A stretch of DNA of 64,000 nt, taken from contig NC_135255.1 of assembly GCF_964204865.1 (NCBI RefSeq), forward strand, positions 7,254,001 through 7,318,000, given 5' to 3'. The stretch comes from Styela clava. Lineage: Eukaryota. Positions 1 to 14,146 of this stretch are shown piece after piece. A program made the translations under genes and the position numbers. The stretch's first letter is position 1; each line of letters starts with the position of its first letter. The notes beneath the pieces are model-generated. The model had not been told where the DNA came from, made no database searches, and saw only the letters and a program-made list of their open reading frames with translations.

Positions 1-1275
1 TTAGTAAAGAAGGTAGGTTTCGATTGGTAATTCAAGGTTAAAAAATATTTTCCAGTTCTATTATCTGGTTGATCTGAAGATGAATATCTATCTATGCTCA
101 GTTATGGGTGTTTTTAACAAAATATCTCCTAAATTGATTGGTGGAGCGCATCCACAATGAAATCATTTCAAATCCGTTGTTCAAAAAATAGAGAAATGGT
201 TAGCATATTCGATCGGAAATGAATTATTTCGTAATATTTGGTTATGATCAAAATATTTGAAACTTTCAATGTTGAATAAGAAAATTTTTATATGGTAGTC
301 CTGTGACATATTGCTGGGATGATATGATATAAATGGTTATTAGGGGCGAAGTGGACTTTTTTGCTGTTGCTGTCGTTGTGGTGAATTAAGATTGCTATCT
401 TTCCAACTATTGAACAAATTTATCTGAAATTAACCCGATTTTTGAAGAAGTTGAACAACTTGAAGCTAACACCAAGTAGGCTTATCGTTAATCCGTTATT
501 CCGATGACCTGTAATCCACGGTTTCGAGAAGTGATCTGTCTCGATTTTTTGAAACTGTACAATCGGACATCAAGAAATTGGAAATTGAAAAGTCTGAACC
601 CGTTTCAGAATCATCTCCTTAGGATGCGCAATCCAGTTTTAAAAGTCCTGATTCGAAGAACGATTACACAATTCACACAACGATGACCACACTCTAAACT
701 AGGTACGGAAAATTAGCGGTCAAAGGTAAAGTACCGTAAAATATTAGATTCTGCAGTTGTGAGTCGAATCGTTTGGTATCTTATTTCACGTTGGCAATAG
801 ACGCTTGGATCATCATTGTCATAGGTCTTACATAGGACCTGGCGAACCTAGGAAAATGCGGTACCATACTTCTACTGGTAAGTTACGATGCTCCTCTGCG
901 TTGTCCAGGCTATGAATTTCGAGAAAAACGTGGGTGAAATATTTCGTTTTAGCCTCTGTGTCCATATATTTTGAGCATTGCTTTCTTGTGAGCTCATTTA
1001 ATGTGTTCGCAACAATTTCCCTGATCAAACTTAATTTAAACTTAATACGTATATTACAATTTCTAGTTTTCAACCTAACCTGTAATATACTTTAACAACT
1101 CAAATTATAATTAGACTTTATATAATTGCATAAAAATTATAAAAAAGTAAATGATCAATTGCATAATAAAAAAATAACACATAAATTACAATACATGAAT
1201 TGTAACATAAATAGATACAGGCATTGCATTATTTAAAAATAAAGTGCTGGAGAATTAAAAGTTTCATAAAAAAAT

Positions 1276-2487
1276 TTATTGCATAGTTGATTGCTTGAAA
1301 TTTAGAGAAAATAAAATTCTAGCAATTTTTTTGACGTTGGAAGATTCCCTATCCGATGTGTCTTTTGCGTTGTAGGAACTGATTGAGTATTTTTTCACCT
1401 TTGTCGGAGAATGAGTCATAATTGATTTCGATCTTGAAAGAGACTAAAAATAAAATAAAAACTTTTAATTGGCGTAAATAATTTTTCACTTGTTAATTAT
1501 TTTTTCACTTTTTAGGAAATTAAATGTATAATAAATAATATTAATATTAGTATATTTTTAATTGAAATTTGACTAAGCTTCGCAGTAGCATCAATAAAAT
1601 ACAATATATATCGTACTTGCTTGCCTGGACAAAAACGCGTTATAAGAATAATATTATATATGCACATATCAATAAAATATAAACAGATGACAAACCTTCG
1701 TTCTTAGTAGTGATTGGATGGAACCACTTCGATTCAAGGACATGTCTTTTTTACCATTCAATTCGTTTTGAAAATCATATTTAAAAAATCTGCAAAAAAA
1801 TAGCAACGTTTATTGTGAGTTATAAACAACTCTTTGTTTCCGATAGCAATGCCGTCACAGCAAAAAGTTCTATAGAAATTTTGCATCTATCTAAAACATA
1901 GACCCTAACAATATAAAATAAGTAGTTTCTTAAAATAAATTGTGACATTTATGTAAAAGTGACCACCTATAAATAAAACTTTCTGTTTTATTTTGGAATA
2001 AGGTTATATATTTACCTATATAATTTTCCCGAATCTTTGAATTCTTCCGACAACCATTTGCCATTAACATCTTCTATAATACGTTGATCCATGAATTTCT
2101 GTAGCAGTTTTTTGGCCTGGGGATTAAATAAAAACATTTAAAACATTTTGAGAATGTTTGAAAACTAAACCTTTAAAAATAATTCGATTCCATTGAAGTG
2201 TAAACTCGCAATTTCTGTTCTAGTCTCCGTACCTGACATCTTGACACGTTCTCATAGTTTTCTATTTCCTTTAAAATAGAATGCATTGTGGTGACAGCTG
2301 ATGAACCGGTGAAACAATCTTCATAAATTTTAAGATTTTTTCGCCTCCGGCCGCAATACATTTGTGATTCAAACGAATTCACAATAACCTTCCATATCCT
2401 TGTTGCTTTAAAAGCTTTGTTTTCTGATTTTGTGTTTCCGATGAGACAATTGTTGTAGTCTAATTCTTCTCCATTTTGATTTTCCAT
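1276..2487 (-). CDS. DEP-domain-only protein type A, copy A1 (DEPDC1-like N-terminus), 4 exons, ~205 aa
   Basis: Exons 2487-2233, 2116-2016, 1789-1696 and 1443-1276 have GT-AG junctions and consistent phase. FKATRIW..RRRKNLKIYEDCFTGSSAV..|AKKLLQKFMDQRIIEDVNGKW..DSGKLYR|F matches the DEPDC1/DEPDC7-type DEP pattern (ATxLW, CFT, LLxKF, IEDxxGxW, LYRF). Confidence 0.85.
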
Positions 2488-4713
2488 AGTTTTTCAAGTT
2501 ATGCTGCTAATTAAGATTTATTCTTACTTAGCTATGCTAATGATGATAACTGACTTTCTAAACAAGTCATATATATTAATATATTAATTATAATCATCGA
2601 TGAAAGATAAATTTGTTATGATCATAATGGAACTTGATAATCACTTATGATAAAGAGATAAGGCGTTCATTGAACCATCGCCCTTCAATAATATGTTAAT
2701 TGGCATTGGATTTTTAACATCAAATACCTCGCCATAACTTAATCTTTACATTTCTTTAATTAACGTCTTTGCAAGAAAAATTCTATCGGATTATATTTAC
2801 TGGAATACTATAAGCTTTCAAATATTACGCCCCGTATTACACAGTTGAGTAAATGGCGATACCATAGCGTTTATCTACTATTAAAACAAGAAATCTACGA
2901 CCATATAATCCTAAGACTTAAGCGCATTCACATTTGGTTCGAAGAGCAAAACGAAGTATCATCAAATCATTTACAGTACACCTACCACATCGCTGAAATT
3001 CAATCGCGGAAACGCCATATAGTGCCTACATATGATCTACCTATCTATGTTCTCAAATTACCTATATTTTATTTTCAATGCGTCTATGACTTATCTTACA
3101 AGAGAATATAATAATTAAACGACCGTTCTTATATTTATAATAAAATGTATGAACTTGTTTAATAATCATCTTGTAATTGACAAACATAATTAATTAGTGT
3201 GAAGCGTGTCCGCAACAAAAATAACTATCAGGTGCAATTTCAGACATCCGACGTTCAGCGCCAAACCTCCGTCAGATATGGAAGCTGGCGGCAACCGCGA
3301 AGACTATCCCGCAGAGTTGTCTCAAATGGATGAAATGCAGGAATTTGAACACAAAACTGATTTTTTTCTAGGGTTTATTCAACTTTGGTCACCAATAGCA
3401 GGTCTCCATTACCTTGAACCCAATCATTAAATGTAATGTGAGTGGATCGCAATTGTACACAATTGATAGATGGTACACTTTATTATTAATTCTATTACTC
3501 GGAAACATTAACACCTCGATAATTTAATATTGAATAACCAAATGTGAAATCAACTACAATCTAGATTGTTTTTTATTCACAGTTACATTTTTGTAAGCGA
3601 TGGAGACTATTTAAAGTTTGCGCCAGAATTATATATAGGATATATTGTATATATATAATATATATATATTATATATATATTATCCCTTAAGGCATATTGA
3701 AAATGATGGAGCATGCACTCAAAATCTTTTTCGGTTTTAATTCATTTTTAATAATATATATGCGCAATTAAAAAAATATATAAACCATTTTATAAAATAC
3801 AAAATATAACCCATAACTTACAACAATATAATCTCTTTCCATTGTTTTTTTTTTTTCTCTTTTCGCACTGTGTCCAAAAGTGTGAATCTATCAAATAACA
3901 TTTTTCGCATTTTTTTAATGTGTTGCATCTGATACGTTAAATGATATTGGATCATACTTAGGTTTTCACACTTTGTGCACTTCCTGATTTAAAAAATTAT
4001 CTCTTATTAAATTGCTCGAGAGTGTTAAGGAACTCCGGATTTTCGTTGTGGTTCAAGAGTTGAGTGGGTCACATGGAACCAGTTATCAACGACATAAAAT
4101 TTAATCGACTTTTTCTGGATATTATATCCATTTTATTAATGTAAATTATAATGTTGAAGAGATAACAAGTTTGAACCTTTTGTATTATCGCCATTTATAA
4201 AAATATATGAAATGAACTTGTGAGTTTTGCTATACTCTGTATGCATTACTGTATCATAACGCCTGATCGTTGTATGTAAGAGTGAAGGTAAAAATGCGCT
4301 AAGAAAACTGATCTGATTGCGACAAATCAGAAAAACTTAATTATAAAATACAGATAATGTATTGTTGCAAGCACCAACCGCGTTCGTCAAACGATTCACA
4401 AGATTTGAACATGCAATTTACGCAAAAAGGAGGATAAAATGTTAATTAACTGTTTTATTGTTATTTAGTATTGAATAAGCTTATCATTAAATCTTCTCAT
4501 CGCAAAAGTAAGATAAGAAAAATCAGCTCAACCAAACTTAATTACACAATATTAAAAGAAACAAATCACATGATTCTTATCTGTCAGTTTTTAATTGATA
4601 AAATATAGAAAACAGAAGTATATATATTGTTATTTAGAAAGTCAGTTAGCATTAATTAACTCAGGGAAGCAAATTGAACTGACTAAATTTAATTTCTTGA
4701 GGACAATATCGAA

Positions 4714-5755
4714 ATGGATGCAAAATCATTCATACGACCTGATAACTATACGACCGACAATTATGCTGGAAGTACAACAAAGACGTTTAAAGCAACCTTG
4801 GTTTGGAATAATCTTGTTGATAATTTCAAGTCAAAAATGCAATGCAAGAAAATAAGAAGAAATCTAAAAATTTATGAAGAATGTTTTACGGGATCATCTG
4901 CAGTTGATACAATGCATTTCATTTTGCTATCAAAGAAACAATTTGGAAATATTTTACGCATTCACGTATGGTTTCGTATCTTCTTTCATGAATTGAATCG
5001 AATATGAAATTCCACGCCAAAATTCATAAATTTGATTCCTTTTTAATATAATTATTTAATTCTAATACATTTCGTAATCAGGTTGCCAAACTTCTTCAAA
5101 AATTCATTGAAAAACATCTAATCGAAGATATATATGGAAAATGGATGAATGAGAGATTTGTTGATTCCGGAAAGCTTTACAGGTAATTATTAATTCAGGG
5201 TTAATAAAATATTGTTTTTATTAGTATTAGCATAATAGCTGATGTATTAAACATTAAAAAGATTTATTGACAGCTCAAAAAATATTAATACTAATTTACA
5301 CTGAGGTATTCTCATCTTTCGTCGATATATTTTAAAAACTCGTTCTTTATTTGCTTATTAGATTTCCCAAAGATCCTGAACTCTCTCCACTCGAGAGTAC
5401 CGCAAAGTCAACAAACTCCCCCCATAGAAGATCCAAATCTCTCCGCTCATACTTTATGCAACCAAAGGTATGTATTCACGCATTAAAATGTTTAAACTTT
5501 TATTTATTTATGCATTAGTTTGTTACATGTTGATTTCTGACAACTTTGAACTGTGCAATAATTCAAAACAACGTTTTACAGCTGACCAGACTACGAACAA
5601 AAAGGTCAGTCAACAAATCACCATCGGTACTTAGAAAATATTCAACCTCAAGTTCAATGTTCGAATTCTCAACGGAAGAAAACTCTTGTGCAGTTATCAA
5701 AGGCGCGAGATTCTTTTTAACAACGTCTTCGAAAGTCCAAAATCAAAAGTTTTGA
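4714..5755 (+). CDS. DEP-domain-only protein type B, copy B1, 4 exons, ~210 aa
   Basis: Exons 4714-4965, 5082-5182, 5362-5467 and 5582-5755 splice in frame: FKATLVWN..CFTGSSAVD..|VAKLLQKFIEKHLIEDIYGKW..LYR|FPKDPELSPL..|LTRLRTKRS..QKF*. Intron phases are the same as in type A, and exon 2 is 101 nt in both. Confidence 0.85.
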
Positions 5756-8059
5756 GTGTACTGAAAAATTTAGTTTCGCTGTTTCGAAAATGAATGGAAA
5801 GAGAAGCGACAAATGCAAATCAGAACTAAACGCTTATTATTAATCTATTCAAACTTAGAAAACTTTATGTGAACGACTGACTTATATCTAATCTACATAT
5901 CTTTTCTTTTTCATTACAATTATTTTTCTATTTTTATATTCCTTGTTCCCTTGCTTGAATAACTCTATCGCCCACATATTGTTAGGTCTTTCAATCTTCT
6001 GATGTTTTTCGCAATCAAAATATAGATATATTTTTAAAAGATGTCGTCTGTAATATGTAACATTTGCATAGTTTATCAGTCAAACATCATGTTACTGTTT
6101 GATTATAAGAGCTCGATCTGATGCAGGTACTGTTGTCAATTAGTAAAGAAGGTAGGTTTCGTTTGGTAATTCAAGGTTATAAAATATTTTCCAGTTCTAT
6201 TATCTGGTTGAATACAACCACGAAGTTGTCTGAAATGGATGAAATGCAGAAATATAAACATAAAACTGATTTTTTTATAGGGTTTATTCAACTTTGGTCA
6301 CCAATAGCAGGTCTCCATTAATAACTTGAACCCAATCTTTGGGAATATTGTACGCATTCAGGTATGATTTCGTATCCTCTTTTTTGAATTGAATCGAATT
6401 ATGATATTCCACGTCGAAATTCATAAATTTAATGTTATTGATTGTATAATAATTAAACGACTGTTCTTATATTTATAATAAAATGTATGAACTTGTTTAA
6501 TAATCATCTTCTAATTGACAAACATAATTAATTAGTGTGAAGCGTGTCCGCAACAAAAATAACTATCAGGTGCAATTCCAGACATCCGACGTTCAGCGCC
6601 AAACCTCCGTCATATATGGAAGCCGGCGGCAACCGCAGGAGACTATCCCGCAGAGCGAAATGAAATGCGAGCTATGATATCGAATACAACCACGAAGTTG
6701 TCTGAAATAGGTGGAATGCAGAAACTTGAGCATAACACTGATTTTTCAATGGGTTTATGCAACTTTGGCCACCAATTAACTTGAACCCAATAATTAATTG
6801 TAATGTGATTGAATCCCAGTTGTACACAATTGATAGATGGGACAATTTATTAATGATTTTATTACTCGAAAATAACATCAACTCCTCGATAATTTATCAT
6901 TGAATAACCTAATGTGAATCCAACTACAATTATTGTTTTTCATATTCACATTTACAATTTTTTATATTATGGAACCTATTTAGTGTTTGTGCCAGAATTA
7001 CATATGGGAATAGCATACGCGCAACCGCGAAGTATGGAATTATCTGTATGAGCGATAGATATATTGTATTTATAATATTATCCGCTGCCTTTAAGCATAT
7101 TGAGAATGATGGAGATTTAAAAAATTTTTTGATTTTAATACATTTTTAATTATATATATATGCGCAATGAATTCAAATATAAACCATTTAAAAAAATACA
7201 AAACATTTCCCATAACTTACAACAATCCAATCTCTCTCCATTGTATTTTTCCCTCTTTCCGCAATGTGCCCAAAAGTGTGAATATATTAAATACTAATTT
7301 TCACACTTTTTTAATGTGTTGCACCTGTTATGTTGAATATAATTGCATCATTAATAGGTTTTCACACTTCAAGCAGTTCCTGATTTATAAAGCTATCTCT
7401 ATTAAATCGCTCGAGTGTGTTAAGGGACTCTGGATTTTTGTTGATGTTCAAGAGTTGAGTGGGTCATGTGAACAAGTTGTTTATCAACGACAAAAAATTT
7501 TATCGACTTTTTTATGAATATTATCATCTTTTTATTGCCGTAAATCATAATTTTAAAGGGATAAAAAATCGAATCTTTTCTATTATTGCCATTTATAAAA
7601 ATACACGAAATATACTTGCGGATATTATGCTTAGCCGTATCATAACGCCCAGCCCTAATCGTTCTTTGTAAAATGTTATGTAAATGAAAGCGCTAAGAAA
7701 ACTGATCTAATTGCGACAAAACAGAAAAACCTTATCATAAAATACAGATAGTGTATTGTTGAAAGAACCAACCGCTTTCGTCTAACGATTCACAAGATTT
7801 GACGGAGAAAGAAGGTTAAAAAGTTAATTATCTGTTTCAATTGTTATTTGATATTAAATTATCTTATCAATAAATCGTCTCATTGGAAATGTGAAATAAG
7901 AGAAGAATAAACTCAACCAAACCTAATTATACAATATCAATAGAAACAAATAAAATGATTTAAATATGTTATTTATTAATTGATAAAATATTGATAACAG
8001 AGGTATATTTAATGTTATTAGATAAGTCAGTTAATTTGATTTCTCGTGGATGATATCGG

Positions 8060-9100
8060 AATGCATCAGTTGATACGATGCATAGGTGCAATTTCAGACA
8101 TCAGTCGTTTAGCGCCCAACCTCCTTCATATATGGAAGCCGGCAACAACCGCAGGAGACTATCCCGTAGAGCGAAATGAAATGCAAGCTATGATACTGAA
8201 TACAACCATGAAGTTGTCTGAAATGGATGAAATGCAGAAATATCAACATAAAACTGATTTTTTTATAGGTTTTATTCAACTTTGGTCACCAATAGCAAAT
8301 CTTCATTAATAACTTGAACCCAATATTTGGGAATATTGTACGCATTCAGGTATTATTTCGTATCCTCTTTTATGAATTGAATCGAATTATGATATTCCAC
8401 GTCAAAATTCATAAGTTTAATTCTATTTTTAAATGATTATTTAATTCTAATGCATTTCTTAATCAGGTTGCCAAACTTCTTCAAAAATTCATCGAACAAC
8501 ATCTAATCGAAGATATCCACGGAAAATGGATGAATTGAAAATTTGTTGATTCTGGAAAGCTTTACAGGTAAATATTAATTAAAGGTTAATAAAATATTAT
8601 TTTTATTAGTATTAGCATAATATCTGATGTATTAAACATTAAAAAGATTTATTGAACTCTTCAAAAAATATTAATACTAATTTACACTGAGGTATTCTCA
8701 TCTTTCGTCGATATATTTTAAAAACTCGTTTTTCATTTGTCTATTAGGTTTCCCAAAGATCCTGAACTCTCTCCACTCGATAGTACTGCAAAGACACCAG
8801 ATCTCTCTCATAGGAGATCCAAATCTCTCCGCTCATACTTTGCATTAGTTTGTTACTTGTTGATTTCTGACAACTTTGAACTGTGCAATAATTCAAAACA
8901 ACGTTTCACAGCTGACCACACTACGAACAAAAAAGTCAGTCAATAAATCATCATCGGTACTTCGGTAGAAAATATTCAACCTCAAGTTCAATGTTCGAAT
9001 TCTCAACGGAAGAAAACTTTTGTGCAGTTATCAAAGGGGCGAGATTCTTTTTAACATCGTCTTCGAAAGTCCAAAATCAAAAGTGTACTGGAAAATTTAG
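8060..9100 (+). pseudogene. Type B DEP pseudogene (B2)
   Basis: Most of exon 1 is replaced by an unrelated module. Exon 2 reads ATG AAT TGA (in-frame stop), and the exon 3 donor region is deleted. Confidence 0.75.
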
Positions 9101-10734
9101 TTTCGCTGTTTCGAAAATGAATGGAAAGAGAAGCGACAAATGCAAATCAGAACTAAACGCTTATTATTAATCTATTCAAACTTAGAAAACTTTATGTGAA
9201 CGACTGACTTATATCTAATCTACATATCTTTTCTTTTTCATTACAATTATTTTTCTATTTTTATATTCCTTGTTCCCTTGCTTGAATAACTCTATCGCCC
9301 ACATATTGTTAGGTCTTTCAATCTTCTGATGTTTTTCGCAATCAAAATATAGATATATTTTTAAAAGATATCGTCTGTAATATGTAAGATTTGCATAGTT
9401 TATCAGTCAAACATCATGTTACTGTTTGATTATAAGAACTCGATCTGATGCAGGTACTGTTGTCAATTAGTAAAGAAGGTAGGTTTCGATTGTTAATTCA
9501 AGGTTATAAAATATTTTCCAGTTCTATTATCTGGTTGATCTGAAGATAAATATATATCTATGCTCAGTTATGGGTGTTTTTAACAAAACATCTCCTAAAT
9601 TGTAAATCTAAATTGATTGGTGGAGCGTATCCACAATGAAATCATTTCAAATTCGTTGTTCAAAAATAGAGAAATGGTTAGCATATTCGATCGGAAATGA
9701 AATATTTCGTAATATATGGTTATGATCAAAATATTTGAAACTTTCAATGTTGAAAAAGAAAATTTTTATATGGTAGTCCTGTGACGTATTGTTGGGATGA
9801 TATGACATAAATGGTTATTAGGGGCGAAGTGGACCTTTTTGCTGTTGCTGTTGTTGTGGTGAATTATCCAACTATTGAACAAATTTATCTGAAATTCACC
9901 CGATTTTTGAAGAAGTTGAACTACTTGAAGCTAACACCAAGTAGGCTTATCGTTAATCCCTTATTCCGATGGCCGGTAATACACGGTTTCGAGGAGTGAT
10001 CTGTCTCGATTGTTTGAAACTGTACAATCGGACATCAAGAAATTGGAAATTGAAAAGTCTGAACCCGTTTCAGAATCATCTCATTAGGATGCGCAATCCA
10101 GTTTTAAAAGTCTTGATTCGAAGAACGGTTACACAATTCACACAACGATGACCACACTCTAAACTAGGTACGGAAAATTAGCGGTCAAAGGTAAAGTACC
10201 GTAAAAGATTAGATTCTGCAGTTGTGAGTCGAATCGTTTGGTATTTTATTTCACGTTGGCAATAGACGCTTGGATCATCATTGTCATAGGTCTTACATAA
10301 GACCTGGCGAACCTGGGAAAATGCGGCACCTCTACTGGTAAGTTACGATGCTCCTCTGCGTTGTCCAGGCTATGAATTTTGAGAAAAACGTGGGTGAAAT
10401 ATTTCGTTTTAGCCTCCGTGTCCATATATTTTGAGCATTGCTTTCTTGTGAGCTCATCTAATGTGTTCGCCACGATTTCCCTGATCAAACTTAATTTAAA
10501 CTTAATACGTATATTACAATTTCTAGTTTTCAACCTAACCTGTAATATACTTTAACAACTCAAATTATAGATAAACTTTATATAATTGCATAAAAATTAT
10601 AAAAAAGTAAATGATCAATTGCATAATAAAAAAATAACACATAATTTGCAATAAATGAATTGTAACAAAAATAGATACAGGCATTGCGTTATTTAAAAAT
10701 AAAGAGCTGGAGAATTAAAATTTTCAGGAAAAAT

Positions 10735-11934
10735 TTATTGCGTATTTGATTGCTTAAAATTTAGAGAAAATAAATTTCTAGCAATTTTCATGACGTTGGA
10801 AGATTCCCTATCCGATGTATCTTTCGCGTTGTAGGAACTGATTGAGTATTTTTTTACCTTTGCCGGAGAATGAGTCATAAATGATTTCGATCTTGAAAGA
10901 AACTAAAAATAAAATAAAAATTGTAATTGACGTAAAAAAATGTTCACTTTGTAATTATTTTTACACATTTTCTGATAAATTAAATGTATAATAAATATTA
11001 ATATTAATAATATATTTTTAATTGAAATTTGACTAAGCATCGCAGTAGCATATTTAAAAATACCATATATATCGTACTTGCTTGCGTGGATAGAAACGCG
11101 TCATAAGAATAATATTATATATACACATATCAATAAAATATCAACAGATGACAAACCTTCGTTCTTAGTAGTGATTGGATGGAACCACTTCGATTCAAGG
11201 ACATGTCTTTATTACCATTCAATTCCTTTTGTAAAGCACATTTAGAAAATCTGCAAATAGGAATAGCAAGAGTTAAACAACTCTTTCTTTCCCAAAGAAA
11301 TGTCATCACAGCAAAAAAGTTCTATGGAATTTTGCATCTACCTAAAACATAGACCATACCAATATAAAATAAGTACTTTCTTAAAATAAATTGTGACACT
11401 GATGTAAAACTGACCACCTATAAATAAAACTTTCTGTTTTATATGGAATAAGGTTATATATTTACCTATACAATTTTCCCGAATCTTTGAACTCTTCCGA
11501 CAACCATTTGCCATTAACATCTTCTATAATACGTTGATCCATGAATTTTTGTAGCAGTTTTTTGGCCTGGGGGTTAAATAAAAACATTTAAAACATTTTG
11601 AAAATGTTTGAAAGCTAAATCTTTAAAAATAATACTATTCCATTGTGAAAACTCGCAATTTCTATTCTAGTTTCCGTACCTGACATCTTAACACGTTCTC
11701 ATAGTTTCCTATTTCCTCTAAAATAGAATGCATTGTGGTGACAGCTGATGAACCGGTGAAACAATCTTCATAAATTTTAAGATTTTTTCGCCTCCGGCCG
11801 CAATACATTCGTGATTCGAACGAATTCACAATAACGTTCCATATCTTTGTTGCTTTAAAAGCTTTGTTTTCTGATTTTGTGTTTTCGATGAGACAATTGT
11901 TGTAGTCTAATTCTTCTCCATTTTGATTTTCCAT
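10735..11934 (-). CDS. DEP-domain-only protein type A, copy A2
   Basis: Same 4-exon structure as A1 with splice sites retained. Exon 3 reads FSKCALQKELNG..; exon 4 reads FLSRSKS..QSNTQ*. Confidence 0.8.
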
Positions 11935-14146
11935 AGTTTTTCAAGCTATGCCGCTAATTTGTTCTTACTTAGCTATGCTAATAATGATAACTGACTTTCT
12001 AAACGAGTCATAAATATTAATATAATAATAATATTCATTGATGACAGATAAATTTGTTATGATCATAATGGAACTTGATAATCAGTTACGAAAAAGAGAT
12101 AAAGCGTTCATTGAACCATCACCCTTCAATAATATATTAATTGGCATTGGATTCATAACATCAAATACCTCGCCGTAACTTTATCTTTATATTTATTTAA
12201 TTAACGTCTTTGCAGGAAAAATTCTATTGGATTATCTTTACTGGAATACTATAAACATTCACATATCTATAGCGTTTATATACGATTAAAACAAGAAAAC
12301 TGAAGCACATTCACATTTGGTTCAAAGACCAAAACGAAGTATCATCAAATCTTTTACAGTACCAGTAGTGTGACCACCAACCACAATTCAATCGCGGAAA
12401 CGCCATATTGTGCCTACATATGATCTACATATCTATGTTCTTAATTTACCTATATTTTATTTTCAATGCGTCTATGACTTATCCTACAAGAGAATATAAT
12501 AATTAAACGACTGTTCTTATATTTATAATAAAATGTATGAACTTGTTTAATAATCATCTTCTAATTGACAAACATAATTAATTAGTGTGAAGCGTGTCCG
12601 CAACAAAAATAACTATCAGGTGCAATTCCAGACATCCGACGTTCAGCGCCAAACCTCCGTCATATATGGAAGCCGGCGGCAACCGCAGGAGACTATCCCG
12701 CAGAGCGAAATGAAATGCAAGCTATGATATCGAATACAACCACGAAGTTGTCTGAAATAGGTGAAATGCAGAAACCTGAGCATAACACTGATTTTTTAAT
12801 GGGTTTATGCAACTTTGGCCACCAATTAACTTGAACCCAATAATTGATTGTAATGTGATTGAATCCCAGTTGTACACAATTGATAGATGGGACAATTTAT
12901 TAATGATTTTATTACTCGAGAATAACATCAACTCCTCGATAATTTATCATTGAATAACCTAATGTGAATTCAACTACAATTTTGGTTGTTTTATATTCAC
13001 ATTTACAATTTTTTATATGATGGAGACCTACTGAAGTTTGCGCCAGAATTACATATGGGAATAGCATCTGCGCAACCGCGAAGTTTGGAATTATCTGTAT
13101 GAGCGATAGATATTTTGTATTTATAATATTATCCGCTGCCTTTAAGCATATTGAGAAGGATGGAGATTCGAAACTTTTTTCGATTTTAATAAATTTTTAA
13201 TTAAATATATATGCGAAATGAATTCAAATATGAACTATTTTAAAAAATACAAAACATTACCCATAACTTACAACAATCCAATCTATTTCCGTTGTATTTT
13301 TTCCCTCTTTCCGCAATATATAGTAAATACTAATTTTCACACTTATTTAATGTGTTACACCTGTTATGTTGAATGTAATTGCATCATTCATAGGTTTTCA
13401 CACTTCAAGCACTTCCTGATTTATAAAACCATCTCTATTAAATCGCTCGAGTGTGTTAAGGGACTCTGGATTTTTGTTGATGTTCGAGAGTTGAGTGGGT
13501 CATGTGAATAAGTTGTTTATCAACGACATAAAATTTAATCGACTTTTTCTGGATATTATATCCATTTTATTAATGTAAATTATAATGTTGAAGAACTAAC
13601 AAGTTCGGACCATTTGTATTATCGCCATTTATAAAAATATTTGAAATGAACTTGTGAGTTTTGCTATACTCTATATGCATACTGTATCATAACGCCTGAT
13701 CGTTGTATGAAAAAGTGAAGGTAAAAAAGCGCTAAGAAAACTGATCTGATTGCGACAAAACAGAAAAACCTAATTATAAAATACAGATGATGTATTGTTG
13801 CCACCACCAACCGCGTTCGTCAAACGATGCACAAGATTTGAACATGCAATTTACTCGGAAAAGAGGATAAAAAGTTAATTAACTGTTTTATTGTTATTTG
13901 GTATTGAATTAGCTTATCAATAAATCTTCTCATCGCAAAAGTGAGATAAGAAAAATCAGCTCAACCAAACTTAATTACACAATATCAAAAGAAACAAACT
14001 ACATGATTCTTATCTGTTAGTTTTTAATTGATAAAATATTGAAAACAGAAGTATATATATTGTTATTTAGAAAGTCAGTTAGCATTAATTAACTCAGGGA
14101 AGCAAATTGAACTGACTAAATTTAATTTCTTGAGGACAATATCGAA

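Noticed and set aside
640-830. Cystine-knot (Spaetzle/IL-17-like) cytokine similarity
   Set aside because: Only a vague Cys/FSVPS pattern with a stop and a frameshift; not supportable by eye.
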